IMG/VR virus record: IMGVR_UViG_3300014720_000002
Length of the DNA: 64,000 nt
Source of the DNA: a virus
Direction: 5' to 3' (one strand)
In this document: one piece after another, positions 8,714-18,665 of the stretch
How positions within the stretch are numbered: the stretch's first letter is position 1
How the letters are laid out: each line of letters opens with the position of its first letter
Made by a program: the position numbers and the translations under genes
Notes under the pieces: generated by a model
Seen by the model: the letters and a program-made list of their open reading frames with translations, nothing else
Database searches by the model: none
What the model was told of the DNA's origin: nothing

Positions 8714-10487
8714 ATTCGACTCGCTCGGCGGAATCGGTGGACGCGTCTTCGACGATCCGCTGTTGATGCACAGCAACCAGGCGCTACCTGATTCGCTGGA
8801 GAGCGCCCTGTCGTTCGCGCGGTTTCTTTACCTGCTGTCGCCCCAGTATCGCCAAGCCTCGACCCGGGTGCGCAGCTACTTTGTGACCGACTTCGATTAC
8901 GAAGGCGGCTCTGACGCTGAGCAGCGCGAGTGGGATGATTATCTGCATGATCAGTTGAACCTGCTTGGGTTTCTCCGAGAGGTCGGCGACGAGGAGGCGA
9001 CTTACGGCAATGCGTTCATCCGCATTCACTTCCCGTTTGATCGGTTCCTGGTCGATCCTGAGGGTGGCGCCGAGTATGCGCTGGACTTCTTCAAGCCCAA
9101 ATCGCTCCGGTTCAACCTCAAGCGGATGACCTACTCGGCACCGCACCCCAAGAACGGCAACACCGTCGAGTTCAAGTTTCGCGACCGGAAGTCACTGGAC
9201 GCGAGCCGTATTCGGCTGCGCCGCTTGCCTCCCGAACAGATTACGCTGGACCATGTGGCGTTGAGCGGTTCGACGCGGTTCGTGTATCGGTTCGACACTA
9301 CCACCATCGACGACGTCAAGCGCGGCCGGCTGCATACCATCAACGAGCTTCCGATGGACATGCTCAAGGCCATCTCGCTGAACGCCGACTTTCTCTTCCA
9401 TCCCGGCACCATTTTTCACCTCAAGGCGCCTGACATCACGGGCATCTCGAACAAGGGGTGGGGTATTCCTGGGACTCTGCTCAACTTCCCGAACATCTAC
9501 CAGATCCAGGCATACCGTAAGATCGACCAGGCGCTGGCCATGGATTACATGCTACCGTTCCGGCTGTTCACCCCGTGCTCGATGGACAAGATCACGGACG
9601 CGTTGAACATGATCATCATGCCGCAGTGGGTTGGCCAGATTCAGCAGATCATCGACAACCGGCGAAAGGACAAGTTCGCCATGCACGCGCTACCGTTCCC
9701 GGTGACCTACCAGGAGTTTGGCGCGCAGGGTAAGCAGTTGACGCCTTACGATCTGGCCGAGTTCCACACCAATGCGCTGCTGGATGGTATGGGCTTTCCG
9801 CAGGAATTGTTCAAGGGCACCGTGGCCTTTGTGCAGATGCCCACGGCGCTGCGGCTCTTCGAGAACAGTTTCAGCTATGTTGGTATCGGCTTCAACAGCC
9901 TGGTGCATTGGGTGACGAACAGCGTGCGCAGCTACCTCGGCTACGCCAAGATGCGGACTCGGTTGCAGCGGCCTTCGGTGGCCGACAGTATCGAGCGCAA
10001 GCAGTTCGTCTATCAGCTTGCGGCGATGGGCGAGATCAGCCGTGAGACGGCCTACGAGAGCCTCGGGGTGGATGACACCGTGGCGGAATTCCGCAAGCGC
10101 CTGCAGGAGGACATGGGCCGGCAGCGGGAACAGGTCAAGGCGCAGCAGGAACTGCAGAAGGAGATCGAGTCCGGCGCCATCATGGCGCAGGCTCCGGCTG
10201 GCGGCGCGGGCCAGCCCATGGGTGGCTCCATGCCCGGAGCGTCGCCTTCGGGTGGTCCGCAGGTCACTCCGTTGGATGTGCAGGGCGATGCGCAGCAACT
10301 GGCCGAATACTGGTTGTCGATTCCGACCGACGGCGAACGGACTAAGGCCATGCAGGCGGTGTCCACTACCAAGCCTGAACTCCATGCCATGGCCAAGGAG
10401 CTTATGGACCGCATCCGACGCTCCGGGGAGTCTCAGGGACGTCAGCAGGTGGCTGCGTCTTATCAGCAGGGAGGGGCGCCGGCATGA
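8703..10487 (+). CDS. Putative portal protein
   Basis: 594 aa; ATYGNAFIR resembles the YGNA(F/Y) motif of portal families; C-terminal coiled coil; heads a block of structural-looking genes. Confidence 0.5.
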   Translation: MDPRFDSLGGIGGRVFDDPLLMHSNQALPDSLESALSFARFLYLLSPQYRQASTRVRSYFVTDFDYEGGSDAEQREWDDYLHDQLNLLGFLREVGDEEATYGNAFIRIHFPFDRFLVDPEGGAEYALDFFKPKSLRFNLKRMTYSAPHPKNGNTVEFKFRDRKSLDASRIRLRRLPPEQITLDHVALSGSTRFVYRFDTTTIDDVKRGRLHTINELPMDMLKAISLNADFLFHPGTIFHLKAPDITGISNKGWGIPGTLLNFPNIYQIQAYRKIDQALAMDYMLPFRLFTPCSMDKITDALNMIIMPQWVGQIQQIIDNRRKDKFAMHALPFPVTYQEFGAQGKQLTPYDLAEFHTNALLDGMGFPQELFKGTVAFVQMPTALRLFENSFSYVGIGFNSLVHWVTNSVRSYLGYAKMRTRLQRPSVADSIERKQFVYQLAAMGEISRETAYESLGVDDTVAEFRKRLQEDMGRQREQVKAQQELQKEIESGAIMAQAPAGGAGQPMGGSMPGASPSGGPQVTPLDVQGDAQQLAEYWLSIPTDGERTKAMQAVSTTKPELHAMAKELMDRIRRSGESQGRQQVAASYQQGGAPA

Positions 10488-10696
10488 CCTCCAAGCCAGA
10501 CGTTGGCGCGGAGTTGGGCAGCTTCCTGCGCGCCTTGCGCGGCAAATCTCTGCCGTCCAACAAACCCACCGGACTGCCTTCCCGGCCATCTAACCAGGAT
10601 CAGGCGGAGGACGGCGGCTACGCGGCCGATGGTCTTGCTGATCCTGGCTTTGTTAATCCTGTGACTGGCTCTGGTTCCGGGCCTGTGTTACGCTGA
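10484..10696 (+). CDS. Small hypothetical protein
   Basis: ATGA-coupled to the portal-like gene. Confidence 0.55.
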   Translation: MTSKPDVGAELGSFLRALRGKSLPSNKPTGLPSRPSNQDQAEDGGYAADGLADPGFVNPVTGSGSGPVLR

Positions 10697-10703
10697 TGTC
10701 GTT

Positions 10704-11462
10704 ATGGTCACCAACCCTCAATTTCGAGAGTTCGTGGCGGGTCGCTACGGGGTCGATCCGGCGCACCCGTTCCAAGGTCTGCCGACGGCGCAACCTTCTT
10801 CTGAGCAGTCCAGCGACTTGACCCGGTCGCAGATGGCCTACCGGCTTGGTGTTGCGGCGCCAGATCAGGCCGAAGGTCGCAACCTTCTCGGTCCGGTCGG
10901 CAGCTACTTGTCTTCGCTGGGCAATGACACGCTGCGATCGCTTCTGCTGGGTGCGTCTTTTGGGGCGCTGGGTGGCGCGGGCTATGGGCTTGGCACTGGT
11001 CGAAAGGTGCTGCCGGCCGCGCTGTCAGGTTCGGCTGTGGGAGGTGCCGGATCGGCGGCTTTGAGCGAGATCATTCGGGCCTGGCGCAGCCTGGGTAGCG
11101 CCGGCACGGTCAATCAGAAGCAAGCGTCGGTTTTGGGAGATGATCCGCTGGTGGCTGTCCGGGCTGCACTGCTCTCTGACGGCGGCGTCGGTAGCGCCGA
11201 CAAGACCGCACTGATGCGCATGCTGCCTGAGCTAACCGCCCCGGAAGTCTCGCAACTGGTGGGGTTGTTGCGCACGGCCGCCGGCGCAGGCGCTGGGATC
11301 ATCATTGCCAGGTATCTGCTGCGGTTGGGTTTCGTCGGGTCGGTGTTGTCTGCGCTGGTCGGCGGTTATGCCGCCAGCCGTTTTGGCGGCTCGCGCAATT
11401 TTTATGGCCAGACCACCGAGACGGACACGGACTTGTTTGGGCGTCCTCGCCATGTGTTTTGA
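10704..11462 (+). CDS. Gly-rich membrane-like putative virion protein
   Basis: Two Gly-zipper hydrophobic regions separated by KQAS. Confidence 0.65.
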   Translation: MVTNPQFREFVAGRYGVDPAHPFQGLPTAQPSSEQSSDLTRSQMAYRLGVAAPDQAEGRNLLGPVGSYLSSLGNDTLRSLLLGASFGALGGAGYGLGTGRKVLPAALSGSAVGGAGSAALSEIIRAWRSLGSAGTVNQKQASVLGDDPLVAVRAALLSDGGVGSADKTALMRMLPELTAPEVSQLVGLLRTAAGAGAGIIIARYLLRLGFVGSVLSALVGGYAASRFGGSRNFYGQTTETDTDLFGRPRHVF

Positions 11463-11498
11463 GTGGTCAGCCCTTGTCGGGCTTGCTAGTGTTTTGCC

Positions 11499-12059
11499 AT
11501 GACTGCTGCGATTTCCCCGTTGACGCTGGTGCAGACCAGCCTGGCCGAGGATGTTCCTCTGGATTCACTCAGCGCTGTGCGCGGGCTGCAGGAGAAGCTG
11601 GCGGCTGATGGCGAGCCAGTTCGGCGCATGGTGCTCAAGGCTGCGGCGGACTGCATGCACGCGTTCGGAGCGCCCGGGCATCCGGCCACATGGCACGCCC
11701 ATTTTGCCGCCAAGTCTGCGGTCTGGACGCAGCATCACGCTGGACTCTACGATACGGTCGTGCGGACTTGCCGTTTGCATGACGGGCTGCACAAGCAGGC
11801 GTTCGCCGATGCGGCTGCCGCGGCCGGCCTGGCCGGCAAGGGTATCGGCTATGGTGCGTTGCTGGGTGGTGCCGGCCTGGGATCGCTCTACTGGCTGCTA
11901 TCCCGACACGCCAGCCAGGATGCGGCCGAGGTTGAGGCCATGAAGCAGCAGGAGGAATACTACCGCCGGCTTGGTCATCAGCTACAGGGGTCGTTGGCCA
12001 ATGAGTATCGGTATGACCGCGAGCACGAGACTCGGAAACGCCGTCCCCGCACTTCGTAA
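11499..12059 (+). CDS. Putative virion/membrane protein
   Basis: KSA and KQA motifs preceding a Gly-rich hydrophobic helix. Confidence 0.65.
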   Translation: MTAAISPLTLVQTSLAEDVPLDSLSAVRGLQEKLAADGEPVRRMVLKAAADCMHAFGAPGHPATWHAHFAAKSAVWTQHHAGLYDTVVRTCRLHDGLHKQAFADAAAAAGLAGKGIGYGALLGGAGLGSLYWLLSRHASQDAAEVEAMKQQEEYYRRLGHQLQGSLANEYRYDREHETRKRRPRTS

Positions 12060-12490
12060 TGACTGCCTTGTCGCCAGCCCTTTCTGAGTTGGTTCACGAT
12101 CCGCATCGTCTGCCGCCTGCGCCGGTTGGCCGAGCTTTTGTGCCGGCGCGTCCGGCCGCCGCCGTTCGTCCTTTGCCTGGGGTTGTTCCTGCTCAGGCGC
12201 CGACTGATTTCTCAAGCTCTGAGTGGGACACCACGCCGAGCGTTCCCAACCAGCTTCAGATACCGGATGCCTTTCGGCCTGATAAGGTGGAGGCGCTGAC
12301 CTTGCGCACCAACTCTGCGGAGGACATGAAGCGCTATGCGGATATTCTTACCAACGTCCGCAGCAACCGCGCGTGCTACGCCATTGTTGAGCATGACCGT
12401 CAGTTTCATGACGGGGTCTGGTTGATCTTCATGGTCTTGCAGCACTTCATGTTCAAGCGCGTGCTGAATTTACGGAAACCATCCCCATGA
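12059..12490 (+). CDS. Hypothetical protein
   Basis: TAATG-coupled ORF. Confidence 0.65.
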   Translation: MTALSPALSELVHDPHRLPPAPVGRAFVPARPAAAVRPLPGVVPAQAPTDFSSSEWDTTPSVPNQLQIPDAFRPDKVEALTLRTNSAEDMKRYADILTNVRSNRACYAIVEHDRQFHDGVWLIFMVLQHFMFKRVLNLRKPSP

Positions 12491-13788
12491 AAAAGTCCGC
12501 TGAAATCGACTGGAACACGGTAGGGCGAATGATGGCTGGCGGAGCCATGGCCGGGGCCGGCACGGCGTCGGTCGTCAGTCTGCTGCGCTACCTGCAGGAC
12601 CTGCGCACCCGGTCCGCCCAATCACAGCGCCCTGACACGGCATGGGACGACGATGTCGTGTATGTCAATCTGCCGGCGCGACCCAAGTCGGCTTCTGATG
12701 GCAGCAACACCGCCGCCACGTTTGCATTCGGTGGGCTTGGTGGTTTGCTGGGGACGCTGTTGTCCTACAACCTGGTGCGCGACCTGTATCACAAGCAGCG
12801 GAAACGCCAGTTGCAGTCGGACATCGACAAGGCCCAGCAGATCTACCTGGACCGTCTCAGTCCGGTTAAGTCTGCTGGCGGACAATTCTCTACCCTGACT
12901 AAGGGCGTCGGTAGCGCCTGGCTTTTGGCGCTGTTGACGACGCTGGGCTCAGCGGTGGTCAGCAACCGAATCTTGTCGTCCAAGTATCCCGCGCTCAAAT
13001 CGCCGAATCGGGACAAGCCGCGCAAGGTAGTTATTCGTCGGGCGCCATCAGGCGTGCCGTCCGAGGAGACCGTCGAGAATGTGGACGGGACCCCAGAGGC
13101 TACGGAGACGCTGCTGCGCAACCATTTGTCCAACAAGACGGCCAGTGCAGCCAGCGGCATGGCTGATCTTGTCGCGGCTGTTTCTCATGGACGCGGTGAG
13201 GAAGTGCTGGGGGCACTCCAGGCCGGAGGGCTGGACGGTATGTTCGCGGTGGTCAAAGGGGCGTCTGCCGTCGAGTCGCCGCTCTTCAAGCGCGACCTGG
13301 CGGCGACCTGGGTGGCCGCGCGACCTGGCCTGTCGGACGCCGTTCGGCCGTTGTTGGCTGCTGAGTTTCAGGCGGCACATCCAGGCGAGTATGACGTGAT
13401 CTGCAAGCTGGCGTCCCGTGACGTAGATGTTGTGCAGGAGCAGTTGTCGGTGCTGGCTCAGCTTGCGGTCGAGGTCAACCGAGATCAGCGGGCTGACCGG
13501 TGGCGGCCGGCGCTTGGCAAATCCGCCAGCGCGGACATGCTGGGATTGCTGCCTGGTCCGATGGATACGGTTGGGGTAGCCCACGAGCTTGCCAAGCTCC
13601 TTGCCCCGGAGGATGGCGAAGAAGCAGAACAGCCGGCGTCAACGCTGACCTCGGCTTCCAGCCGTGAGGCTGCGCCAATCACGCAGCATAAAAAAGGGCT
13701 GGACTTCGAGATGGACGACGAGGCGTCGTTGGCTTTTGCCAAGCGGCACGGTGACATGATCGACGGCGTTCTGCGCAAGAACACCTGA
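12487..13788 (+). CDS. Multi-pass Gly/Ala-rich putative virion protein with seven K-x-A motifs
   Basis: KKSA, KSAS, KSAG, KTAS, KGAS, KLAS, KSAS; three hydrophobic segments. Confidence 0.7.
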   Translation: MKKSAEIDWNTVGRMMAGGAMAGAGTASVVSLLRYLQDLRTRSAQSQRPDTAWDDDVVYVNLPARPKSASDGSNTAATFAFGGLGGLLGTLLSYNLVRDLYHKQRKRQLQSDIDKAQQIYLDRLSPVKSAGGQFSTLTKGVGSAWLLALLTTLGSAVVSNRILSSKYPALKSPNRDKPRKVVIRRAPSGVPSEETVENVDGTPEATETLLRNHLSNKTASAASGMADLVAAVSHGRGEEVLGALQAGGLDGMFAVVKGASAVESPLFKRDLAATWVAARPGLSDAVRPLLAAEFQAAHPGEYDVICKLASRDVDVVQEQLSVLAQLAVEVNRDQRADRWRPALGKSASADMLGLLPGPMDTVGVAHELAKLLAPEDGEEAEQPASTLTSASSREAAPITQHKKGLDFEMDDEASLAFAKRHGDMIDGVLRKNT

Positions 13789-13789
13789 G

Positions 13790-14341
13790 ATGGGCAAGCG
13801 ACGCATTCCTCTGCGCGTGCTGGGGCCTTCGGCGATCCGGCAACTGGCAGAGATGGGAGTGGATGTTTCCAAGGCGAAGACGCATGCCGGCAGTGTCCCG
13901 CCTGCGTCTTTGGCTGGTGGTAAATACCATGTGTCCGCCAAGGACGACCGGACGCTGGACGGCATTGTTTTTGCCTCCAAGCTGGAGATGTCCTGTTATC
14001 GTTTTCTCAAAGATCGAGGGATTGGATTTGAGCGTCAGACAGAGCATGTTCTGCAGGATGGTTTCGAGCACGAAGGCAGGCGAGTGGCTCCGATTCGTTA
14101 CGTCTCGGACTTTCGCATCCCAGTGCTTTCTGGTGTGCCTTTGGTGGTCGATGCAAAGGGTGTGATCACGCCCGTCTTCAGGCTGAAGCAGAAGCTCCTG
14201 CTCAAGCAAGGGGTCGTGATCAGTTGTGTGCGCAGCGTGGCCGAGTTGGCGGCGCTGCTGCAGGTCAATGGATTGTTCGGATCTACGAATGAGCGAAGCA
14301 AGCAAGCCGGCGGCGTTGCCGCCGGCGGTGACCCTGCCTGA
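13790..14341 (+). CDS. DUF1064-family PD-(D/E)XK endonuclease-like protein
   Basis: TLDGIVFASKLEM...FERQTEHVLQ...IRYVSDF...VVDAKGVITPVFRLKQKL. Confidence 0.8.
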   Translation: MGKRRIPLRVLGPSAIRQLAEMGVDVSKAKTHAGSVPPASLAGGKYHVSAKDDRTLDGIVFASKLEMSCYRFLKDRGIGFERQTEHVLQDGFEHEGRRVAPIRYVSDFRIPVLSGVPLVVDAKGVITPVFRLKQKLLLKQGVVISCVRSVAELAALLQVNGLFGSTNERSKQAGGVAAGGDPA

Positions 14342-14762
14342 TTCAGGCACAGGTATCACTCAGTTGACGGAGTCTGAAATAGCGGCATGGCGGACAGCCT
14401 GGCAGGAGTATGCCAGACATGTGCCACGGCTGCACGAGGCGGAGGTCTTTCACAACGCATGGCGGACACTGTGTTCCGTCCATACCCGGCTGCGTGGCGT
14501 GTCGCTTGCATTGCCGGAGCCGTCGGTGGTTGGCGAGCCTAGCCGGATGTGCTGGTTCTGTTTCTATGGTTCTTCCGGGCGGCTGATTCGATTCGTGCCA
14601 TCCAACCGCCTGGTGCCGCATCTGGCTCCCGACGCGCCGCGGCATTTTCCGCCGCACTATGTGCCTGCCTGCATCAACTGCTGGCAGGAGGAATTGCAGT
14701 CCGGGCGCATTGGCGACCTGCCGGTTGTTTTGTTGCCCCCTGCTCCACGATACCTCTCATGA
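14289..14762 (+). CDS. Hypothetical protein (CxxC motifs)
   Basis: ORF with CWFC and CINC. Confidence 0.55.
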   Translation: MSEASKPAALPPAVTLPDSGTGITQLTESEIAAWRTAWQEYARHVPRLHEAEVFHNAWRTLCSVHTRLRGVSLALPEPSVVGEPSRMCWFCFYGSSGRLIRFVPSNRLVPHLAPDAPRHFPPHYVPACINCWQEELQSGRIGDLPVVLLPPAPRYLS

Positions 14763-15556
14763 TTACTCAAGCTGAAATCGACAACTTCTATCTGCGCGTC
14801 ACCACGGCGGTCAGCAAGGCCGCCTCGTCGGCTCCTGCTTACGGCTACCACCTGCTGGCGCTCTGGCAGGACGCACAGTTGAAGCCGCTGATCTGCTCCG
14901 CTCCCGGCTCTGTCCGGGTGGCCTACCATCATGCCTACGTCGGCGGCTGGCTGGACCATGTGGAGGATGTGCTGCAGAACGGCCTGCGGGTGGCCGGCGG
15001 CTATGCGCAAGGCGTGACCAACCCAGGCGGCGGTGCCGATACCTGGACGCTCAAGAACGGGCATCAGGTCACCGCGCTGGAGGTGTGCGCGGTCGCCATC
15101 CTCCATGACTTCTACAAGGTCTGCGATCCCTGGCGGCAGCCCAACTACGTGCCGAACTTCGTGCAGGGCAAGAAGAAGACGGACCCTCCGCTCGTGCAGT
15201 CAACGGCCATCCCGTTCAAGCGCAACCCGGACGCGTTCGCCCCGATTCTGGCCGATGATGTGCGTGACCCGAATCGACCTCAGTTGAACGCCAGTCGTCG
15301 TGCCCTCCTAGCGCACACCCTCCCGCGCGCGGCCGGCGGCGAGAAGTCCCTGGCCGTGATCGCCGCCCTGGCCCCGGAGCTACACGCCGCCCTCCCGCCC
15401 CAGGTGGTCAACGCCATCCTCTACCATGACGGCCTCTACGGGGAGAACGCCGACCAGGTGTATGGCAACGAAACGCCCCTCCAGATCATCATGCACTTCG
15501 CCGACATGATGTCCTCCCGGCTCGCCCGCCCACCCAAGGCCGTCGAGCCCGAGTGA
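14759..15556 (+). CDS. HD-domain phosphohydrolase (YhaM-like HD core)
   Basis: YHHAYVGGWLDH ... AILHDFYKV ... ILYHDG ... MHFADMMSSR. Confidence 0.8.
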   Translation: MITQAEIDNFYLRVTTAVSKAASSAPAYGYHLLALWQDAQLKPLICSAPGSVRVAYHHAYVGGWLDHVEDVLQNGLRVAGGYAQGVTNPGGGADTWTLKNGHQVTALEVCAVAILHDFYKVCDPWRQPNYVPNFVQGKKKTDPPLVQSTAIPFKRNPDAFAPILADDVRDPNRPQLNASRRALLAHTLPRAAGGEKSLAVIAALAPELHAALPPQVVNAILYHDGLYGENADQVYGNETPLQIIMHFADMMSSRLARPPKAVEPE

Positions 15557-15566
15557 GGGTGATTGT

Positions 15567-15820
15567 CTCGTTAATGGCGTCCTACCCGCCATTAACGAGC
15601 AAATTCCAGGTGGAACAGAGGCGCGTCTGCTCGTTAATCCGGCAGCCGCACCTCCATTAACGAGCATCTGCTCGTTAATGAGTGCCAAAAGTGTGCCATA
15701 CGCGAGACAAATGCTCATAAACGAGATTTGCGCAAACGTAGCAACTAATTGATTTGCAACGTGTTCCACGGGGAAACATCCAAATTGTGAACGATAAAGA
15801 GCAGGAAACGCTCGTTAATG
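15567..15820. repeat. Cluster of CTCGTTAAT direct and inverted repeats beside an AT-rich tract (candidate origin or operator array)
   Basis: Forward copies at 15567, 15630, 15671, 15811; reverse copies at 15591, 15656; nested 11-13 bp palindromes. Confidence 0.85.
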
Positions 15821-16200
15821 CGAAGGGGGTCGGTTTGTGCGCGACATGCCGATTACACCCTTCACGACCTCAACAGCGCACTTGCCTGGCCTGTCACGCC
15901 CTTCACGAGAGGGCATACTACCAGCGGCGCAAGGCCTACGTGCGCGAGCTTCAGGCGATCATCGACGGGCTGACCGGCAAGGACCCGGCGACCGAGGAGA
16001 CCTGGCGCAAGGTCGTGGGCTCCCGGCATGTGCTGGTGGTGCCGCCGGATGATTCGTTCGCGGACGTTTTCGCCGGCTTGGTGACGGGGTTTTTGCCTGA
16101 TGGGTTGGTGCGGGTGACGGGTTACGATGGTGCCAGCCGGACAGCCCATGTGTTGCAGTTGCGACCGGATGCGGGTAGAAAGCGGTTTTGGTATGACTAA
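15754..16200 (+). CDS. Hypothetical protein with N-terminal Cys cluster
   Basis: CATC...CLAC; start uncertain. Confidence 0.55.
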   Translation: MQRVPRGNIQIVNDKEQETLVNAKGVGLCATCRLHPSRPQQRTCLACHALHERAYYQRRKAYVRELQAIIDGLTGKDPATEETWRKVVGSRHVLVVPPDDSFADVFAGLVTGFLPDGLVRVTGYDGASRTAHVLQLRPDAGRKRFWYD

Positions 16201-16531
16201 CTCTTCAAGTTTTCGGTTTGTGCCTCTGGCTGAAGTTGTGATGACCGAGCACAAGTATCAGTTCTTGCCGGAGGGTTCCGCGGCGTCTGTGGATAAGGGC
16301 ACGCTCGTTAAGCTGTGGTGCGAGTCAGATAAACCCGGACGCCGCTCGGAGGTGTTCTGGGTGCTGGTCACTCGGCGACTCGCATCTACCGCGCGAGGGT
16401 TGCAGTTTGAAGGTCGTGTGAATAACCGTCTCCAGCGCACGGATGAGCACGGGCTGTCCTACGAAGACGTGGTGCGGTTCACCGAGGATCAGATCGTGGA
16501 CATCGCGCTCGGGCTAAAGGTGGCGACATGA
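16193..16531 (+). CDS. Hypothetical protein (DUF2314-like)
   Basis: EVFWVLV...FEGRVNN...VRFTEDQIVD pattern, recalled from memory. Confidence 0.5.
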   Translation: MTNSSSFRFVPLAEVVMTEHKYQFLPEGSAASVDKGTLVKLWCESDKPGRRSEVFWVLVTRRLASTARGLQFEGRVNNRLQRTDEHGLSYEDVVRFTEDQIVDIALGLKVAT

Positions 16532-17079
16532 AAGGACCCTGGCTCGATCTGGATGGTGTGCTCGTGGATGCCAACCGCGGCTTCGCGGAGGTTTTCGGCG
16601 TTGAGTATCCGTCGTCTGGGATGGTGGAGCACGACTGGATACTGAGGGCCGGCGGAATCACGCCGATGGAGTTCATGACGCGCATGGACGCATTGCCTAT
16701 GGAGTTCTGGCGTGACCTTCCGCCGCTGCCGTGGGCCGCCGACCTGGTGCAGTTTTTGGACCTGCGCTTCGACCAGTGGAGCATCGTTTCACATGCGGTC
16801 TGGTCGCCGGCATGCTGGCACGGCAAGGCGGAATGGGTGCGTCGCTTCCTCGGCCGTGCCCACCTTTCCCGGCTGCATTTGGTTGGTTACGGCAGCACCA
16901 AGGCCGCGCTGGCCTCGCCGGGTGCGCTGTTGGTGGACGACCGTGGTCAGAACTGTGTGGAGTGGAATGCCGCCGGAGGAAGGGCCTATCACTGGCGTCC
17001 GTTTGTGCCTGAGGATGCTCAGCACGCCGACGTGGTGGTTGAGTGCAAGGAATTTCTACTTGGCGGTCTTGCCAGGTAG
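16528..17079 (+). CDS. HAD-family 5'(3')-deoxyribonucleotidase
   Basis: DLDGVLVD motif I and LLVDDRGQN motif IV. Confidence 0.85.
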   Translation: MKGPWLDLDGVLVDANRGFAEVFGVEYPSSGMVEHDWILRAGGITPMEFMTRMDALPMEFWRDLPPLPWAADLVQFLDLRFDQWSIVSHAVWSPACWHGKAEWVRRFLGRAHLSRLHLVGYGSTKAALASPGALLVDDRGQNCVEWNAAGGRAYHWRPFVPEDAQHADVVVECKEFLLGGLAR

Positions 17080-17348
17080 GGTTAGCTTTCGGTCAGTTGC
17101 AGTCGCCGGTTCGCCGTGGTCCGCAGGCCTCAGGGCCGTTCAGGGCACAGCAAGAATGGCGATGCAAGTTCCGAACCGCCCCGGTCAGGGTAAAACCTGA
17201 CCGGGGTTCTCGCTGCAATGGAGGTCGATTCAGTGCTATATGATTTTGGAGGAGCCGTCTTACGTTTAAGATCTGTGCTGCCTCCAGAACGGTCCTTACC
17301 TTTACCCCGCGGGTCTAGGCCGTCAACCATCACAGGGGAATCAACACC

Positions 17349-17933
17349 ATGAACAGACACCACATGCCGGAATCGCTTCTGGCTCGCGTAACCGCAATCC
17401 AAGCAACAGTGCAACAACCCTGGCCGGCTGAGGACGGGCCGGAGGTTTTGAAGGCCATTGACGTGGTTTTTCCGGCAGATGCAGGCACCAAGAAAGTGTT
17501 CAACCTGGCCTGCGCCAAGTTGATCTGGCTCCAGTTTGCAAAAGACAAGTCAGAGACCGCCCGGCTCAAGGTGGTGCGCGAGTCTCTCGCCACCATACTG
17601 GCTTTCATTGCGGCGTCCGGTATCGAGCTAGACGACGTTCTGGACTTGATCGTTGGACAGGTCGAAGAGGTTGGAGACGGCGCCCTGGTGACATCCGAAG
17701 ACACTGCCAATCTCGACGTCCTGAACGACGAGATCCAGCGCGCAACCAGACTGGCTTTGCCGGCGGCCACCAAGCAGGCGCTGGTCAAGGCAGCGACGGA
17801 CGCGTTCGCCGCCGAGATGGAGCATGTGCTTGCGGGGGTAACCGCACGCATGAAAGACAGCAACCCGCCCCGGCAGCGCGCTGAGGCGGCCATGGCGACA
17901 CGATACCCGGGCTTGAAGCCGGCGGCGCTGTAG
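17349..17933 (+). CDS. Hypothetical helical protein
   Basis: 194-aa ORF. Confidence 0.65.
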   Translation: MNRHHMPESLLARVTAIQATVQQPWPAEDGPEVLKAIDVVFPADAGTKKVFNLACAKLIWLQFAKDKSETARLKVVRESLATILAFIAASGIELDDVLDLIVGQVEEVGDGALVTSEDTANLDVLNDEIQRATRLALPAATKQALVKAATDAFAAEMEHVLAGVTARMKDSNPPRQRAEAAMATRYPGLKPAAL

Positions 17934-18065
17934 GTTCAGAATCACGCCGGCGGGCGGGACAGCCACCGTCCGCCGGCATCTATTTTCACAACCAAGAAAA
18001 GTTTTACGGCTTACTGCAAGAGTCAGGGCGGCGGGTCGCCGCGCAAGGATCTCGTTCAGCAGTTT

Positions 18066-18665
18066 TTGGACGGGCTGCACAAGCAGGTGCAGTTCGACAG
18101 CACTGAGGCGCGCTATTTCTGGAAGATGACTGCGGACGGGCTGCCGTCGGACAAGGACAGGCTGGATGTCTGTGTCTGCACCAACTCGGCCAGGCTGGTG
18201 GCGCGCAGGTTTGGCGGTGCACTACTGGGGTATTCGGCGCGAGACAACCCGGCAGCCGTGGTGTCGCCACATGACTTTGCGCTTTGCGGGACGCTGGTGG
18301 TTGACTACTGGTCCCGCTTTCCAGGAGCTAAGTCCGAGAGCGCGGTGCTGGATTTGTCCGACCTGTCGCAGCGGCGAGAGGCTTTGCGGCTTTACGGCGA
18401 TCCGGAGCGCTGGCAGTTGGTCGAGCCTGTGCTGGTATTTCATCCGGAGCAGGCAGATCTACAGAAGGCGGTGCAGGAAGGCTACGACTGGTATGGCCGA
18501 CCGACCCGGACGGTGCGTGAGATTTTGATCTGCATGTTCCGCTCCGAGGGTATGGACTATGTGGCCGCCAGTGCGGCTGCGGTGCGGGCCATCGCAAAGA
18601 TGAACCAGGGTTTCAACCAGTTCACTTATGGACGGTTCACGCTGAGCGTGCAGAAGAATGGATAA
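18066..18665 (+). CDS. Hypothetical protein
   Basis: ORF; start uncertain (possibly ATG 18126). Confidence 0.6.
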   Translation: MDGLHKQVQFDSTEARYFWKMTADGLPSDKDRLDVCVCTNSARLVARRFGGALLGYSARDNPAAVVSPHDFALCGTLVVDYWSRFPGAKSESAVLDLSDLSQRREALRLYGDPERWQLVEPVLVFHPEQADLQKAVQEGYDWYGRPTRTVREILICMFRSEGMDYVAASAAAVRAIAKMNQGFNQFTYGRFTLSVQKNG

